Shown: one piece after another, positions 47,535-56,899 of the stretch
Layout: each line of letters starts with the position of its first letter
Numbering within the stretch: the first letter of the stretch is position 1
Virus record (IMG/VR): IMGVR_UViG_3300028888_000043
Coordinates: 233,756 to 297,755 of that record
Direction: 5' to 3' (one strand)
DNA length: 64,000 nt
Origin: a virus
Lineage: Duplodnaviria; Heunggongvirae; Uroviricota; Caudoviricetes
Notes under the pieces: generated by a model
The model's database searches: none
Seen by the model: the letters and a program-made list of their open reading frames with translations, nothing else
Told to the model about the DNA's origin: nothing
Translations under genes and position numbers: made by a program

Positions 47535-49202
47535 TTATGAATTTATAGTTATCTTTGGTAATTTGTTCACTGAACCGATGGTTGTCTGTGCCAGTCCATA
47601 GGATTTGCCATTGACCATAATTGCACCATTCACACTCAAAGGTCCGGAAGGAAGATTCTCTGTCACTTCAGGTGGAAGACAGAGTTGTGCCTTTCCCTTA
47701 TCAATGATTTCTTCCTTACATACTTCAATCATATCAATGAGACAGTCTCCATATGCAGTTATCTGGATGTTGGACTTGTTGCACTTGCTGAAATAAATTT
47801 CATACAACTTGAATTCATCCTGTGCTACTTCCAGACTGGTGGAGAATCCATTGATGGTTATATGGAGTTCACAGTATCCATCTGCCTTGGCATGGAGATT
47901 GAGTTTGATACCATCTTCAATGTCGGCGGAAGAAAGTTCTATTGTTCCAAAATGGAGATAGAGATAACCTTCCTCACCAATGAATTTCTGGTATGCCTCA
48001 TCTGTGGAGATGACATACTGACCGTCACCATAGTAATCAAAGATGTCAACCTCATTGAACTCAGTGTTGATATGGATACCTTCTTCATCAAATTCATCCA
48101 TATAGATGATGTCTTCATCCTCCAGTTCCTCATAAGGGAATGGACCATTACACTTGGCCTTCAACTTGATGGTGATTTTATCACTGTCCAGGAATGGCTG
48201 TGTGTCTTCACCTATGATGAACAGTCTACACCTGTTCTTGTCCTTGTCTTTCCATTCAACAAACCTGAATGATTCATCAGGGTCAGAACCAATCACATCG
48301 GTACTTGGAATACACTTGGCGACCATATGGTATCCTTCAAGTACATCTATGAGTGTATCATATGGTATGGTTTCCTTATCATCGAAAGTATCATCCTTCC
48401 TGTTTGAGATATGATATTCCACATGGTCATAATCAATGACAAAATGTGATGATTTGTTTGTGGGGTCTGAAACTATATGGAACAATTTCCTCGGTCTATA
48501 AAGTGCCAGGACAATTGTGTCTTCCTGAATTACGAACCTGTAAATATTGTCCCTGTTGATGATGTTCTCTTCCCAGGTCTCTTCCTCACATTCCTCATCA
48601 TCTTCATTTGTATTGAGGAATGCCCAACCAAGGAAGATATGTGTAGGGGTGTCATTTGCTTCCACCTCTATTGTTGTACCAGAATAGAAATCACCTTCCT
48701 GTGTGTTGTAATATGGATCTGAACTTGTATTTTCAGTATCAATCATAAAAACACTCAAATGACAGAGTTTCCTTTCTCCGAAATCCAGTCTGTAAACAGG
48801 TGGATATTCCTCTGTCTGTAAAGATGATATGTTGTCTGGATATGAGAATGTACCATAAGGACAGTTGAAAGCACCTATTAGGTTCAGTGAGAGTGCATCC
48901 ACATCCCTCAAGTCAGCAAGTTCCTGATTGGCATTGGGTGTTGAACCATTTCCATCAGTTCCATTACCATTTGAACCATTTGGATTGTTGGCCGCATTTG
49001 CCATAGCAATGTCATAGGCATTCTTTCCTGCATAATCTGCAACATAGAAATCAAAGCACACATCCTGCCCTTTTGTAATGTCCTTCAAGCAAGGAAAATA
49101 CAAGGCATATCCATCTGCACAATACTGGGTACCGGCATCACAGGAGTTTGTACCAATGTTGTACACATTCCTGATTATGTTTGTTGTCAGTGAATTATCC
49201 AT
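47535..49202 (-). CDS. Acidic late protein with InlB B-repeat-like motifs, probable virion protein
   Basis: GTTIEVEANDTPTHIFLGW, FRFVEWKD; late promoter. Confidence 0.55.
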   Translation of the reverse strand: MDNSLTTNIIRNVYNIGTNSCDAGTQYCADGYALYFPCLKDITKGQDVCFDFYVADYAGKNAYDIAMANAANNPNGSNGNGTDGNGSTPNANQELADLRDVDALSLNLIGAFNCPYGTFSYPDNISSLQTEEYPPVYRLDFGERKLCHLSVFMIDTENTSSDPYYNTQEGDFYSGTTIEVEANDTPTHIFLGWAFLNTNEDDEECEEETWEENIINRDNIYRFVIQEDTIVLALYRPRKLFHIVSDPTNKSSHFVIDYDHVEYHISNRKDDTFDDKETIPYDTLIDVLEGYHMVAKCIPSTDVIGSDPDESFRFVEWKDKDKNRCRLFIIGEDTQPFLDSDKITIKLKAKCNGPFPYEELEDEDIIYMDEFDEEGIHINTEFNEVDIFDYYGDGQYVISTDEAYQKFIGEEGYLYLHFGTIELSSADIEDGIKLNLHAKADGYCELHITINGFSTSLEVAQDEFKLYEIYFSKCNKSNIQITAYGDCLIDMIEVCKEEIIDKGKAQLCLPPEVTENLPSGPLSVNGAIMVNGKSYGLAQTTIGSVNKLPKITINS

Positions 49203-49220
49203 ATATAAATCTTATATATG

Positions 49221-49255
49221 TATTTATGAAAAAGGAGGTGATTGCTCACCTCCTT
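49221..49255 (-). repeat. 35-bp direct repeat (terminator + late promoter), copy 1
   Basis: TATTTATGAAAAAGGAGGTGATTGCTCACCTCCTT, identical at 50356-50390. Confidence 0.95.
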
Positions 49256-49258
49256 CTC

Positions 49259-49684
49259 CTATAAACCTCTTTCTTTTTTGTATTCCTCATAGACCTCTTT
49301 CAACTGGTCATCAGTCAAGAAAAAACCATTGTTTTTGATGTAGAAATCATAAATCATCTTTTCATAGACATGCCTTTCATCAATGAAATCAATGAGATGA
49401 TGAAGTTCTTTCAGGTCATCGATGGTGATACCGAAGTATTCAGCATATTCAGGAACAAGGAACTTTCCGATATACCTGCCTACATAACAATCCTTATGAT
49501 ATGTCATAAGTTCTTCTTTGGTCATATTTTTCCACCTGATGACATGGATACCATTCTCATCCATATAACTTGTTTCATATCCATAATCTGGGTCATCATC
49601 TATGTATAGAATATTTGCCACCCTTGGTGTGTAATCAGGGAATTTTGAGAAAAATGCATTGGATCCTATTTCAAATTGTTTCAT
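49259..49684 (-). CDS. Hypothetical protein
   Basis: 141-aa ORF; IGSNAFF start weakly resembles nucleotidyltransferases but no DxD follows. Confidence 0.6.
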   Translation of the reverse strand: MKQFEIGSNAFFSKFPDYTPRVANILYIDDDPDYGYETSYMDENGIHVIRWKNMTKEELMTYHKDCYVGRYIGKFLVPEYAEYFGITIDDLKELHHLIDFIDERHVYEKMIYDFYIKNNGFFLTDDQLKEVYEEYKKERGL

Positions 49685-49687
49685 ATC

Positions 49688-50332
49688 TTATATTACTGGT
49701 CTTATATTTATACCTATATATCTTGAAGGTTTACCTATTTCCCTATAATGACTACCTTCATCTGCTTTAATGTAGAAAGCATAAGCAAAAGTTGAGTTTG
49801 TTGTTGATAATGAATTCAACCAAAAATAGAAATCTGTTGCCAAAGTTAGTTGTACTCCATTTATCTTTGATGTGAACACACCACTTGTTCCAGGAGTCCA
49901 AGTTGTGTTGGCCAACAGTTCTTGAACATCTTCTATTGATGGTAATCTCCATCTTCCACCAAGGATTTTTCTGGCAGCATCATCTTCCATATCCAATACT
50001 AATTTTCCATCAGTTGAATTGTATTTTGCATATTGTGTTTCATCAATCTTTGCCCATCTATATGTTGCTTCTGTATATGTTTGTTTTGTTGCCAGTTCAC
50101 CCCAGGAGAATTTGGAACCTTTAGATGATGGTGTTGATGAACCAATATCACATGCGGCCCATAATCTACCAGAAGGAAGTCCAAGGTCAACAAATGCTAT
50201 CTCATTATTATATGCATATCTTTTCCAGGACAATTCATTATTGGTTGTACAGTAAGTTACATTTGGTGTTATTGCTGTATTTTTCTGTGTTTCAAAATCA
50301 GCTAAGTTATCAGTATATTTGAAATATTTCAT
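49688..50332 (-). CDS. C-type-lectin-fold (Fib_succ_major/DUF1566-like) protein
   Basis: VDLGLPSGRLWAACDIG..FSWGE..DDAA..GGRWRLPS..INIRPV. Confidence 0.8.
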   Translation of the reverse strand: MKYFKYTDNLADFETQKNTAITPNVTYCTTNNELSWKRYAYNNEIAFVDLGLPSGRLWAACDIGSSTPSSKGSKFSWGELATKQTYTEATYRWAKIDETQYAKYNSTDGKLVLDMEDDAARKILGGRWRLPSIEDVQELLANTTWTPGTSGVFTSKINGVQLTLATDFYFWLNSLSTTNSTFAYAFYIKADEGSHYREIGKPSRYIGINIRPVI

Positions 50333-50355
50333 AATTGTAGATACTTCTATACATA

Positions 50356-50390
50356 TATTTATGAAAAAGGAGGTGATTGCTCACCTCCTT
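50356..50390 (-). repeat. 35-bp direct repeat (terminator + late promoter), copy 2
   Basis: Identical to 49221-49255. Confidence 0.95.
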
Positions 50391-50391
50391 T

Positions 50392-51111
50392 CTATGTCCA
50401 AAGTGCAAAGAAATATTTCCTGAACAAGTCAAGTGACTTATCTATGATTTCATCCTCATCCTTTGTCTTTATCTCATCAGACACCATCAATTCAAACCCT
50501 TTCAGCATGTCTTCAAGTATCTTCAACCACTCATCAAGTGATTTCATATCAGCGGGATGACATTTCATTTCCTTCACATCCTCTATGAATGCCTTGAGTC
50601 TTGGATAGACGAACCTTGCGATCGTACCGTCAAGATTCCAGGTCTCCGAGATGTCAAATCCCCTTTCCAGTCTCTGCTGTGTGTATGCCTCCCATCTGTC
50701 ATCATCCGGATCCACCAGGGAGAAGCAGACATTTGGAATACCATACGGGTCTCTTGCCTGGACATCTGGGTCAGTCCTGTCATATGAGTAATAGAACTTG
50801 GCCAGGTCATAGGAACGAACCCTGTCATAGTTCAAATCAACCACATACTGGTATTTGCCCATTGAAGGATTGAGTTCAACACCCGTATTGACCTCTTTGT
50901 AGAGGTCATAACTGTTTTCATCCTGATGATTGTGGATATGTGTCATATACAAATCTTTGAAAAACTTGATATATGACTTGTACTCAAAGAAGGTGTACTT
51001 CTTTTTCAGGTTGCACTCTTTGATAAGATTTTCATCCTTGATGGTCACTTTCACAATACCTCCATGGTTGAAGAACTCCAATGGGGTTAATTCATCTAAA
51101 ATTACTTCCAT
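50392..51111 (-). CDS. Hypothetical protein
   Basis: 239-aa ORF behind minus-strand TTTGTTATCTTT motif. Confidence 0.7.
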   Translation of the reverse strand: MEVILDELTPLEFFNHGGIVKVTIKDENLIKECNLKKKYTFFEYKSYIKFFKDLYMTHIHNHQDENSYDLYKEVNTGVELNPSMGKYQYVVDLNYDRVRSYDLAKFYYSYDRTDPDVQARDPYGIPNVCFSLVDPDDDRWEAYTQQRLERGFDISETWNLDGTIARFVYPRLKAFIEDVKEMKCHPADMKSLDEWLKILEDMLKGFELMVSDEIKTKDEDEIIDKSLDLFRKYFFALWT

Positions 51112-51176
51112 ATAGTTGATTTCTTATGAAATAAAGATAACAAAAATCCCGGATTTGTTATATTTAAGGTGCTATT

Positions 51177-52433
51177 ATGAAAGAGTGTAGATACATAGAA
51201 CTGTTTGCCGGTGTAGGTGGATTTCATGTCGGTCTTGACAGGGCAGACAAGGATTTCTTCAAGTGTGTGATGGCCAACCAGTGGGAACCTGGATCCAAAG
51301 ACCAGTTTGCAGCTGACATATACAGGAAGAGATTCCCTGATGACCTGTTGATAAATGATGATGTCAACAACATCAGTGGAAAGGATTATGAAGTAGATCT
51401 GCTTGTGGGTGGTTTTCCATGTCAAGATTACAGTGTTGCCAGGAACAAGTCCAAGTCATTTGGTATAGAAGGTAAGAAGGGTGTTCTCTGGTGGCAGGTC
51501 ATCAGAATCATCTGGGAGATGAAAGTGAAACCGAAGTATCTTCTGTTTGAGAATGTGGACAGGATGATAATCTCCCCTTCCAAGCAGAGAGGAAGGGATT
51601 TTGCTCTCATCTTACAGTCATTGATTAATCTTGGATATGACATAGAATGGAGAGTCATCAATGCTGCGGACTATGGAATGCCACAGAAAAGGAAAAGAAT
51701 CTTCCTTTTTGCGTTCCAAAATGGTAGTTTTGATGTGAAGAGTCCAGATTCCTGGTTGTATAAGGATGGTGTTCTTGCTAAAGCATTCCCTGTGAAAGAA
51801 GACCCAGAACTTGGTCTCTGGGGACTTGACCAGAGAGAGTTGAATTCAGACCTTGTATATCTCTCTGACCATTTCAATGAGAGAAACATCCTGGACCATC
51901 CATTCGAGAATGCCGGCGTGGTGATAGATGGTTATATTTCCACAGTAAAGGTCAAAACGGACTATTCTGGACCATTTATGACACTGGGTGGTGTTCTTGC
52001 CTATGGAGAGGATAGAAAACTCATTACAGAGGACTTTTACCTGTCTGATGAGGATGTGAAGAAGTGGGAGTATGCCAAGGGTCACAAATCATTCGAGAGA
52101 ACAAGTAAGGATGGTTATACCTACACTTACAATGAAGGCGCTATGGCATTCCCGGATTATCTGGATAAACCTGCCAGGACATTGATAACAAGTGAGGTCT
52201 CCACTACTCCGAACAGGTTCACCCATATCATAAGGGATCCAGAGAATGGGAGATTGAGAAGACTGATTCCACTGGAGTTGGAAAGGATACAGATGTTCCC
52301 AGATAACCATACAGAAGGAACTACTGACAAGAAAAGGGGATTTCTGATGGGTAATGCCCTGGTGTGTGGGATTGTCGAGAGGATTGGAATTGAATTGAAG
52401 AAAAGGATATATGAAGATAACCACATTGGATGA
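51177..52433 (+). CDS. dcm: Complete DNA cytosine-C5 methyltransferase, M.Sau3AI-like
   Basis: Motifs I ELFAGVGG, IV GFPCQD, VI ENV, VIII QKRKR, IX RRLIPLELERIQ, X MGNALV; variable region resembles the Sau3AI family from memory. Confidence 0.9.
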   Translation: MKECRYIELFAGVGGFHVGLDRADKDFFKCVMANQWEPGSKDQFAADIYRKRFPDDLLINDDVNNISGKDYEVDLLVGGFPCQDYSVARNKSKSFGIEGKKGVLWWQVIRIIWEMKVKPKYLLFENVDRMIISPSKQRGRDFALILQSLINLGYDIEWRVINAADYGMPQKRKRIFLFAFQNGSFDVKSPDSWLYKDGVLAKAFPVKEDPELGLWGLDQRELNSDLVYLSDHFNERNILDHPFENAGVVIDGYISTVKVKTDYSGPFMTLGGVLAYGEDRKLITEDFYLSDEDVKKWEYAKGHKSFERTSKDGYTYTYNEGAMAFPDYLDKPARTLITSEVSTTPNRFTHIIRDPENGRLRRLIPLELERIQMFPDNHTEGTTDKKRGFLMGNALVCGIVERIGIELKKRIYEDNHIG

Positions 52434-52944
52434 GATAATTGAGAGAGATGTTCCGGAAGAACTCTATTTCAAGAAGAAGGACTGGGAGAAAAGAAAGTAT
52501 CTCAGGACTACTCTTCCAATGATGTGTACCGTGAAAGGGGATGATGTCTATCTCTTTGTGGAAGGAGTCAAACCTCCACAGATATTGAAGCAGAAGAGAA
52601 CCGAGGATGAGAAACTGAGGAGACACAGGTTCGGTGACAAGGGGAAGAAGTTCGGAAAGGGAGTCTATGCTGAACCCACAGGTGACGGATATTCCAACAC
52701 CCTGACTACATTCTCTATGGATAATTATGTCTGGGACAGGAACTACAAGGTGAGAGAACTGACTGACAGGGAGGCATTCAGGTTGATGGATGTAGATCCG
52801 GAAGATGTTGATAAGATATTGGATGCTGTTCCTTCTAAATACTGCAAAAAATTGTCAGGCAACAGTATTGTGGTCAATGTGATGACAGAGATATTCAGGA
52901 ATTTATTTGGTGAAAGAACTAACCCAGAAATACCTTTATTTTAA
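52411..52944 (+). CDS. C5-MTase small subunit (TRD + motifs IX-X)
   Basis: SNTLTT, RELTDREAFRLM, GNSIVV; no motifs I-VIII. Confidence 0.8.
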   Translation: MKITTLDEIIERDVPEELYFKKKDWEKRKYLRTTLPMMCTVKGDDVYLFVEGVKPPQILKQKRTEDEKLRRHRFGDKGKKFGKGVYAEPTGDGYSNTLTTFSMDNYVWDRNYKVRELTDREAFRLMDVDPEDVDKILDAVPSKYCKKLSGNSIVVNVMTEIFRNLFGERTNPEIPLF

Positions 52945-52949
52945 GAATT

Positions 52950-53279
52950 ATGAGTATTTGGTGTGATATACACAGAAGAAGTAATGGTCTCCAGGAAAGG
53001 GAAGAAGACAAAAACAGATATATCAAACTTGATAAGATTGAAGAAATATTGAAATCTATGAAGGTTGGTACAAAGAAAGGTGAATATCCTCCGGTGTTTG
53101 CTTTGAATATTCTTGTTGAACATTTTGATGGTAATGTTGTATCATATTCAATAATGGCAGCATCAACTCAACATGCAGACGGAAGTAGAGATTTTTATTC
53201 AGAACCTGTTTTGAATTCATTTAAAGAAATAATGGATAACAGAGGGAATATTATTGAAATAACCAAGTTGTTTTTATGA
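52950..53279 (+). CDS. Hypothetical protein starting with the repeat tag of the 2098-5181 protein
   Basis: MSIWCDIHRRSNGLQEREED. Confidence 0.75.
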   Translation: MSIWCDIHRRSNGLQEREEDKNRYIKLDKIEEILKSMKVGTKKGEYPPVFALNILVEHFDGNVVSYSIMAASTQHADGSRDFYSEPVLNSFKEIMDNRGNIIEITKLFL

Positions 53280-53286
53280 GTATTAT

Positions 53287-53772
53287 ATGAAACATTTAGT
53301 AGTAATTGCAGAAAAAGAAGAATTTAAGTTGGTTGAGAAACTGGGGTATGATAATTATCCTATTCTCATCACTGGTGTGGGTGCATTGAATGTCATTGAT
53401 GCATTGAAAGACATACCGAAGGACACAAACCTGATAAACATAGGTTATGCAGGAAGTAAAGACCTTGAACCAGGGAAGTTCTACACAGTGAATATGGTGT
53501 CTCTGTATCATCCCAATGTGGATTATTTTGAACGTCAGTATGAACTTGGTTGGATTCCCTGGATGGTTGAGTCAGAGGATGATGAACCTATGATACCAGT
53601 GAAGTGTCTGACTGGGACTGATTTTGTGCTTGAATCAAATGTCAAAGGATGTGTCTTTGATATGGAATTAGCATATATCAAGGCACTTGGTTTTGAGAAT
53701 GTCATTGCTTATAAGTATGTGAGTGACAACCTGGATTTACAGGAATATAGAGAGAAGTTCAATGAGAAATGA
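53287..53772 (+). CDS. MTA/SAH nucleosidase-like (PNP_UDP_1 family) protein
   Basis: TGVG..N, INIGYAGS, TGTDFV, DME, KYVSDN. Confidence 0.75.
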   Translation: MKHLVVIAEKEEFKLVEKLGYDNYPILITGVGALNVIDALKDIPKDTNLINIGYAGSKDLEPGKFYTVNMVSLYHPNVDYFERQYELGWIPWMVESEDDEPMIPVKCLTGTDFVLESNVKGCVFDMELAYIKALGFENVIAYKYVSDNLDLQEYREKFNEK

Positions 53773-54100
53773 TGTCCATATAGTGAAGGTTGGACCTCAT
53801 CAGCAGGACACTGTGATGTACACTGATGGGGTCTGCCGCTGTATCTGTGTGGGCCATCACAACAACACCAACAGTTACCTGAAAATCCTGGACAATGGAA
53901 AAGTCAGGAAGATGACCACCAAGGAAATCGGGAGACTGATGGGTGTGGATGACAAGGACATAGACACTATGATGGGTGTCCTGGCTCCTGGATCAGTCAA
54001 TTCCTTGTTTGGGAACTCCATTGTGGTGGATGTTCTGGAAGGTGTATTCAGGAACTTGTTTTATGGGGAAGATAAACCAAAAGATATTAAATTGTTTTGA
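53762..54100 (+). CDS. C5-MTase small subunit (TRD + motifs IX-X)
   Basis: QQDTVMYTDGVCRCI, RKMTTKEIGRLMG, GNSIVV; ATG 53762. Confidence 0.8.
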   Translation: MRNDVHIVKVGPHQQDTVMYTDGVCRCICVGHHNNTNSYLKILDNGKVRKMTTKEIGRLMGVDDKDIDTMMGVLAPGSVNSLFGNSIVVDVLEGVFRNLFYGEDKPKDIKLF

Positions 54101-54101
54101 T

Positions 54102-54302
54102 ATGGGGATTAAATTGGAAGACTTTGCAAAAGCTGGTGTTGCTTCACCAAAAATCGGAGGAGTTAAGTTTATGAATGATGGTCATAAAGAGTTTGATTTC
54201 ATCAAGTATGAACATCCAAAGAAAGATTGGGGGAACATATTTCTCTATGCTTTGATATATTTTTGTTTGTTTGGTATTTTTTATTTGGTACAATTCATAT
54301 GA
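54102..54302 (+). CDS. Small membrane protein
   Basis: C-terminal hydrophobic helix; ATG just after previous stop. Confidence 0.55.
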   Translation: MGIKLEDFAKAGVASPKIGGVKFMNDGHKEFDFIKYEHPKKDWGNIFLYALIYFCLFGIFYLVQFI

Positions 54303-54529
54303 TACAGGAAAAGAAGATTTATAAAATGAAAGAACTGGAACAGTTCGTACATGACCACATCCAGCAGAAGATTAACAACAATGAACTTCATCTGACAGGA
54401 ATAAGTATGACAGGTGATACTAATATTTTCAAAAGGGAGTTTGAAATATATCAGAATGCCCTGTTGGAAGGTATAGTCAATGGTATCATTATGTGTGATG
54501 GTGAAGTTGAAGGCATTGAAACAGATTAG
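54299..54529 (+). CDS. Hypothetical protein
   Basis: ATGA overlap with previous gene. Confidence 0.55.
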   Translation: MIQEKKIYKMKELEQFVHDHIQQKINNNELHLTGISMTGDTNIFKREFEIYQNALLEGIVNGIIMCDGEVEGIETD

Positions 54530-54531
54530 AT

Positions 54532-54819
54532 ATGGGAAAGGGAAAACCAAGAACTGCTGTTCACAGGAGGGTGAACAGTATGTTAAAGAAATTCGGTAGC
54601 GAATGTGAATGGTGGGATGGAGGTTATCCTGAATGTATGCTACCATGGGACGGGAAGTGTTCTGGCAATCCGTTTGTCTGTAAGAAACTGTATATGCAGT
54701 ATCTTGCATCTTCAAAGAAGATTGACCAGAATGTTGTAGCAGAGTTTGAGAACCGTGAAAAGGATTCATTAAAAGAAAAATATCCAAACTATGACACCAG
54801 AAGAGAAATCAGTATTTGA
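54532..54819 (+). CDS. Hypothetical Cys-containing protein
   Basis: 95-aa ORF, tightly packed operon. Confidence 0.6.
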   Translation: MGKGKPRTAVHRRVNSMLKKFGSECEWWDGGYPECMLPWDGKCSGNPFVCKKLYMQYLASSKKIDQNVVAEFENREKDSLKEKYPNYDTRREISI

Positions 54820-55006
54820 CGAGTATGGTACTGCATATCCCTGTTGTGGGAACTGTGCCAACATCCGGGAGGCATGTTGGAAGTTGATGTGTAAATTGAA
54901 CTATGAATATAGGGAGTTCGGATCATTGAAATGTGTTTATTACAAGTTTAAGCAGAATGTACCTGTATTGGAAGAACTCATTGAACAGAGAGAATCATTA
55001 AATTAA
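54791..55006 (+). CDS. Small Cys-rich hypothetical protein
   Basis: CCGNC..C..C..C. Confidence 0.55.
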   Translation: MTPEEKSVFDEYGTAYPCCGNCANIREACWKLMCKLNYEYREFGSLKCVYYKFKQNVPVLEELIEQRESLN

Positions 55007-55012
55007 ACAATT

Positions 55013-55213
55013 ATGACACAGGAAGAACTTAGAAAATATCTCTGGGAGAAATGGAGTAATTATTCAAGGGGACTTTCCATCTCTTATTCTTTCAGGAAGA
55101 ACAAGGAACTGACTATAAAGGATGTGGAGGATGCCTTCGAGTCTGGGTTCTATGAATTCCAGCAGATTTGTTACAAGAACAATATCAAGATGGAAGACCT
55201 TAAATTGGAGTAA
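55013..55213 (+). CDS. Hypothetical protein
   Basis: 66-aa ORF in operon. Confidence 0.55.
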   Translation: MTQEELRKYLWEKWSNYSRGLSISYSFRKNKELTIKDVEDAFESGFYEFQQICYKNNIKMEDLKLE

Positions 55214-55231
55214 TTTTGTTATATTTAATAT

Positions 55232-55450
55232 ATGAAAAAGTACAAAATCAGAAAGTTGACACCAAGGGAGTGTTATAGATTAATGGGTGTGGAAGATACA
55301 GACACAGATAAATTACTTGGAACTGATTTGAAAGATTCAAATCATTATAAACTTGCAGGTAATTCTATTGTTGTGGATTGTATGGTTCATATGTTTGACA
55401 AGTTGTTCTTTAACAGGAATGAACCTAAGAAAAAAATTACATTATGGTAA
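55232..55450 (+). CDS. C5-MTase minimal subunit (motifs IX-X only)
   Basis: IRKLTPRECYRLMGV..YKLAGNSIVV; own TTTGTTATATTT promoter motif. Confidence 0.8.
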   Translation: MKKYKIRKLTPRECYRLMGVEDTDTDKLLGTDLKDSNHYKLAGNSIVVDCMVHMFDKLFFNRNEPKKKITLW

Positions 55451-55465
55451 AAAATAGGGATAGAA

Positions 55466-56524
55466 CTAAATTCTATCCCTTATTTGTTGTAAAATATCAT
55501 CTAATTTTGTTGAGAAGATTTCAATCCAATTCAGATTGTTTTTCTTTGCAATATCTCTCTTTTCAACATCTCTTATTGTCCAGTTTTCTATTGCATTTTG
55601 ATAGTATTTACTGTTTTTTGATTTTTCCTGCCAATTTAATAATGTCTTCTCATCATTTTCATCTGACAAATATGGGTGGAATCCATGTGTCCATGTTCCA
55701 TTAATTTCAAGGAATAAATCAGTTTGTGGAAAATAAAAATCACAAATGAAATTGTATCTATTTTTGTCTCTGTGATGCTGAATATAATTTATATGATTTT
55801 CATCTAACCAGTTTTTAAGTTTATTCTCAATGGATGATGATTTGAATGAATGGTTTATTTTCTTTGTTGTTATTTGTTTTGTGTACCAATCATCTTTAAT
55901 ATCTTTCATATGGTATTTATATTCATTTGTTTGAGAATATGTATTACAGTGATATTTTTCATTGCAAGTTTTCATCATTTTATCTGTATTCCTATATTCT
56001 TCATCTCCATATTTTTTCAATCTTGTTTCTTTTGATTTCTTCAATATTTCTTTGGAATCAAAACCAACACCACCATATCTTTTTGTTGCAGTTTTAACAG
56101 CTCTATTTTTTAGTTCTTTATTTTGTTGTGGAAATTCTACACCAAATTTATCTTTACAAGTTGATTTAAATAATTCCAATTTATGCGGATCTACATCTGC
56201 ACATTTTGTACAACAATGTTGATTATATCCACCACCTGTAAAATAGTTGAATTTACATCTATTTCCACATTTACAAATACCAAGTTCAAATTTTGTATCA
56301 TTCTGTAAGAAATGCCAAAGTAATTGAGAAAACTTCCAACCACTTGCAAATTCTGGAATAATCATCTGCAAAAAGTCATCATATAATTCTGGAAATCTAT
56401 ACTTAAAATTCCGTCTATGTGTTAAACAGAGTTTTGGATGAGATATTATGAAATGAAAAACATCATCCTTTGACATTTGAGACAGATTTATAGGAAAACC
56501 TATCTCATCTAATTTTTGAGACAT
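55466..56524 (-). mobile_element. Free-standing homing-endonuclease-like gene (Vsr/DUF559-type PD-(D/E)XK with KYG repeats)
   Basis: CDFYFP..LEING..HG; CKCG..CCTKC; repeats KFG/RYG/KYG; AT-rich, opposite strand, own late promoter; ATG 56524 preferred. Confidence 0.7.
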
Positions 56525-56657
56525 AAATATATTGAAAATTATTGTTTTTATAAGAGGACTTATAGTGAATTCCACAATTCACAAAAATGTAAGTCCTCTT
56601 ATTATATTTATGAAAGTTTGTTATATTTATTATGTTAAAGAAATATATTGGATTTTG

Positions 56658-56894
56658 ATGGATGATATAGTAACAAAAGATGGGATATTCAAATACAGAT
56701 GGGAATCAGAATTTCTTGGTAAAAAAGGATGTGATGTTTGCTTTTTAAAAGATGATGAATATTGTCCAAAAGAAAAATGTACAAAGGATGGGTGTTATGT
56801 TATAATGACACAACGTGAACAGCTTAATGAGAGGATACAAAAGTGGTTGGATGAAAAGAAGTTAAAGAAACAGCAAGAACTTGATAATAAATAG
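56658..56894 (+). CDS. Small hypothetical protein
   Basis: MDDIVTKDG..CDVC..C..C; after TTTGTTATATTT motif. Confidence 0.55.
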   Translation: MDDIVTKDGIFKYRWESEFLGKKGCDVCFLKDDEYCPKEKCTKDGCYVIMTQREQLNERIQKWLDEKKLKKQQELDNK

Positions 56895-56899
56895 GTTTT

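Noticed and set aside
49259-49684. Nucleotidyltransferase call
   Set aside because: The GS motif is present but the catalytic DxD is missing; left as hypothetical
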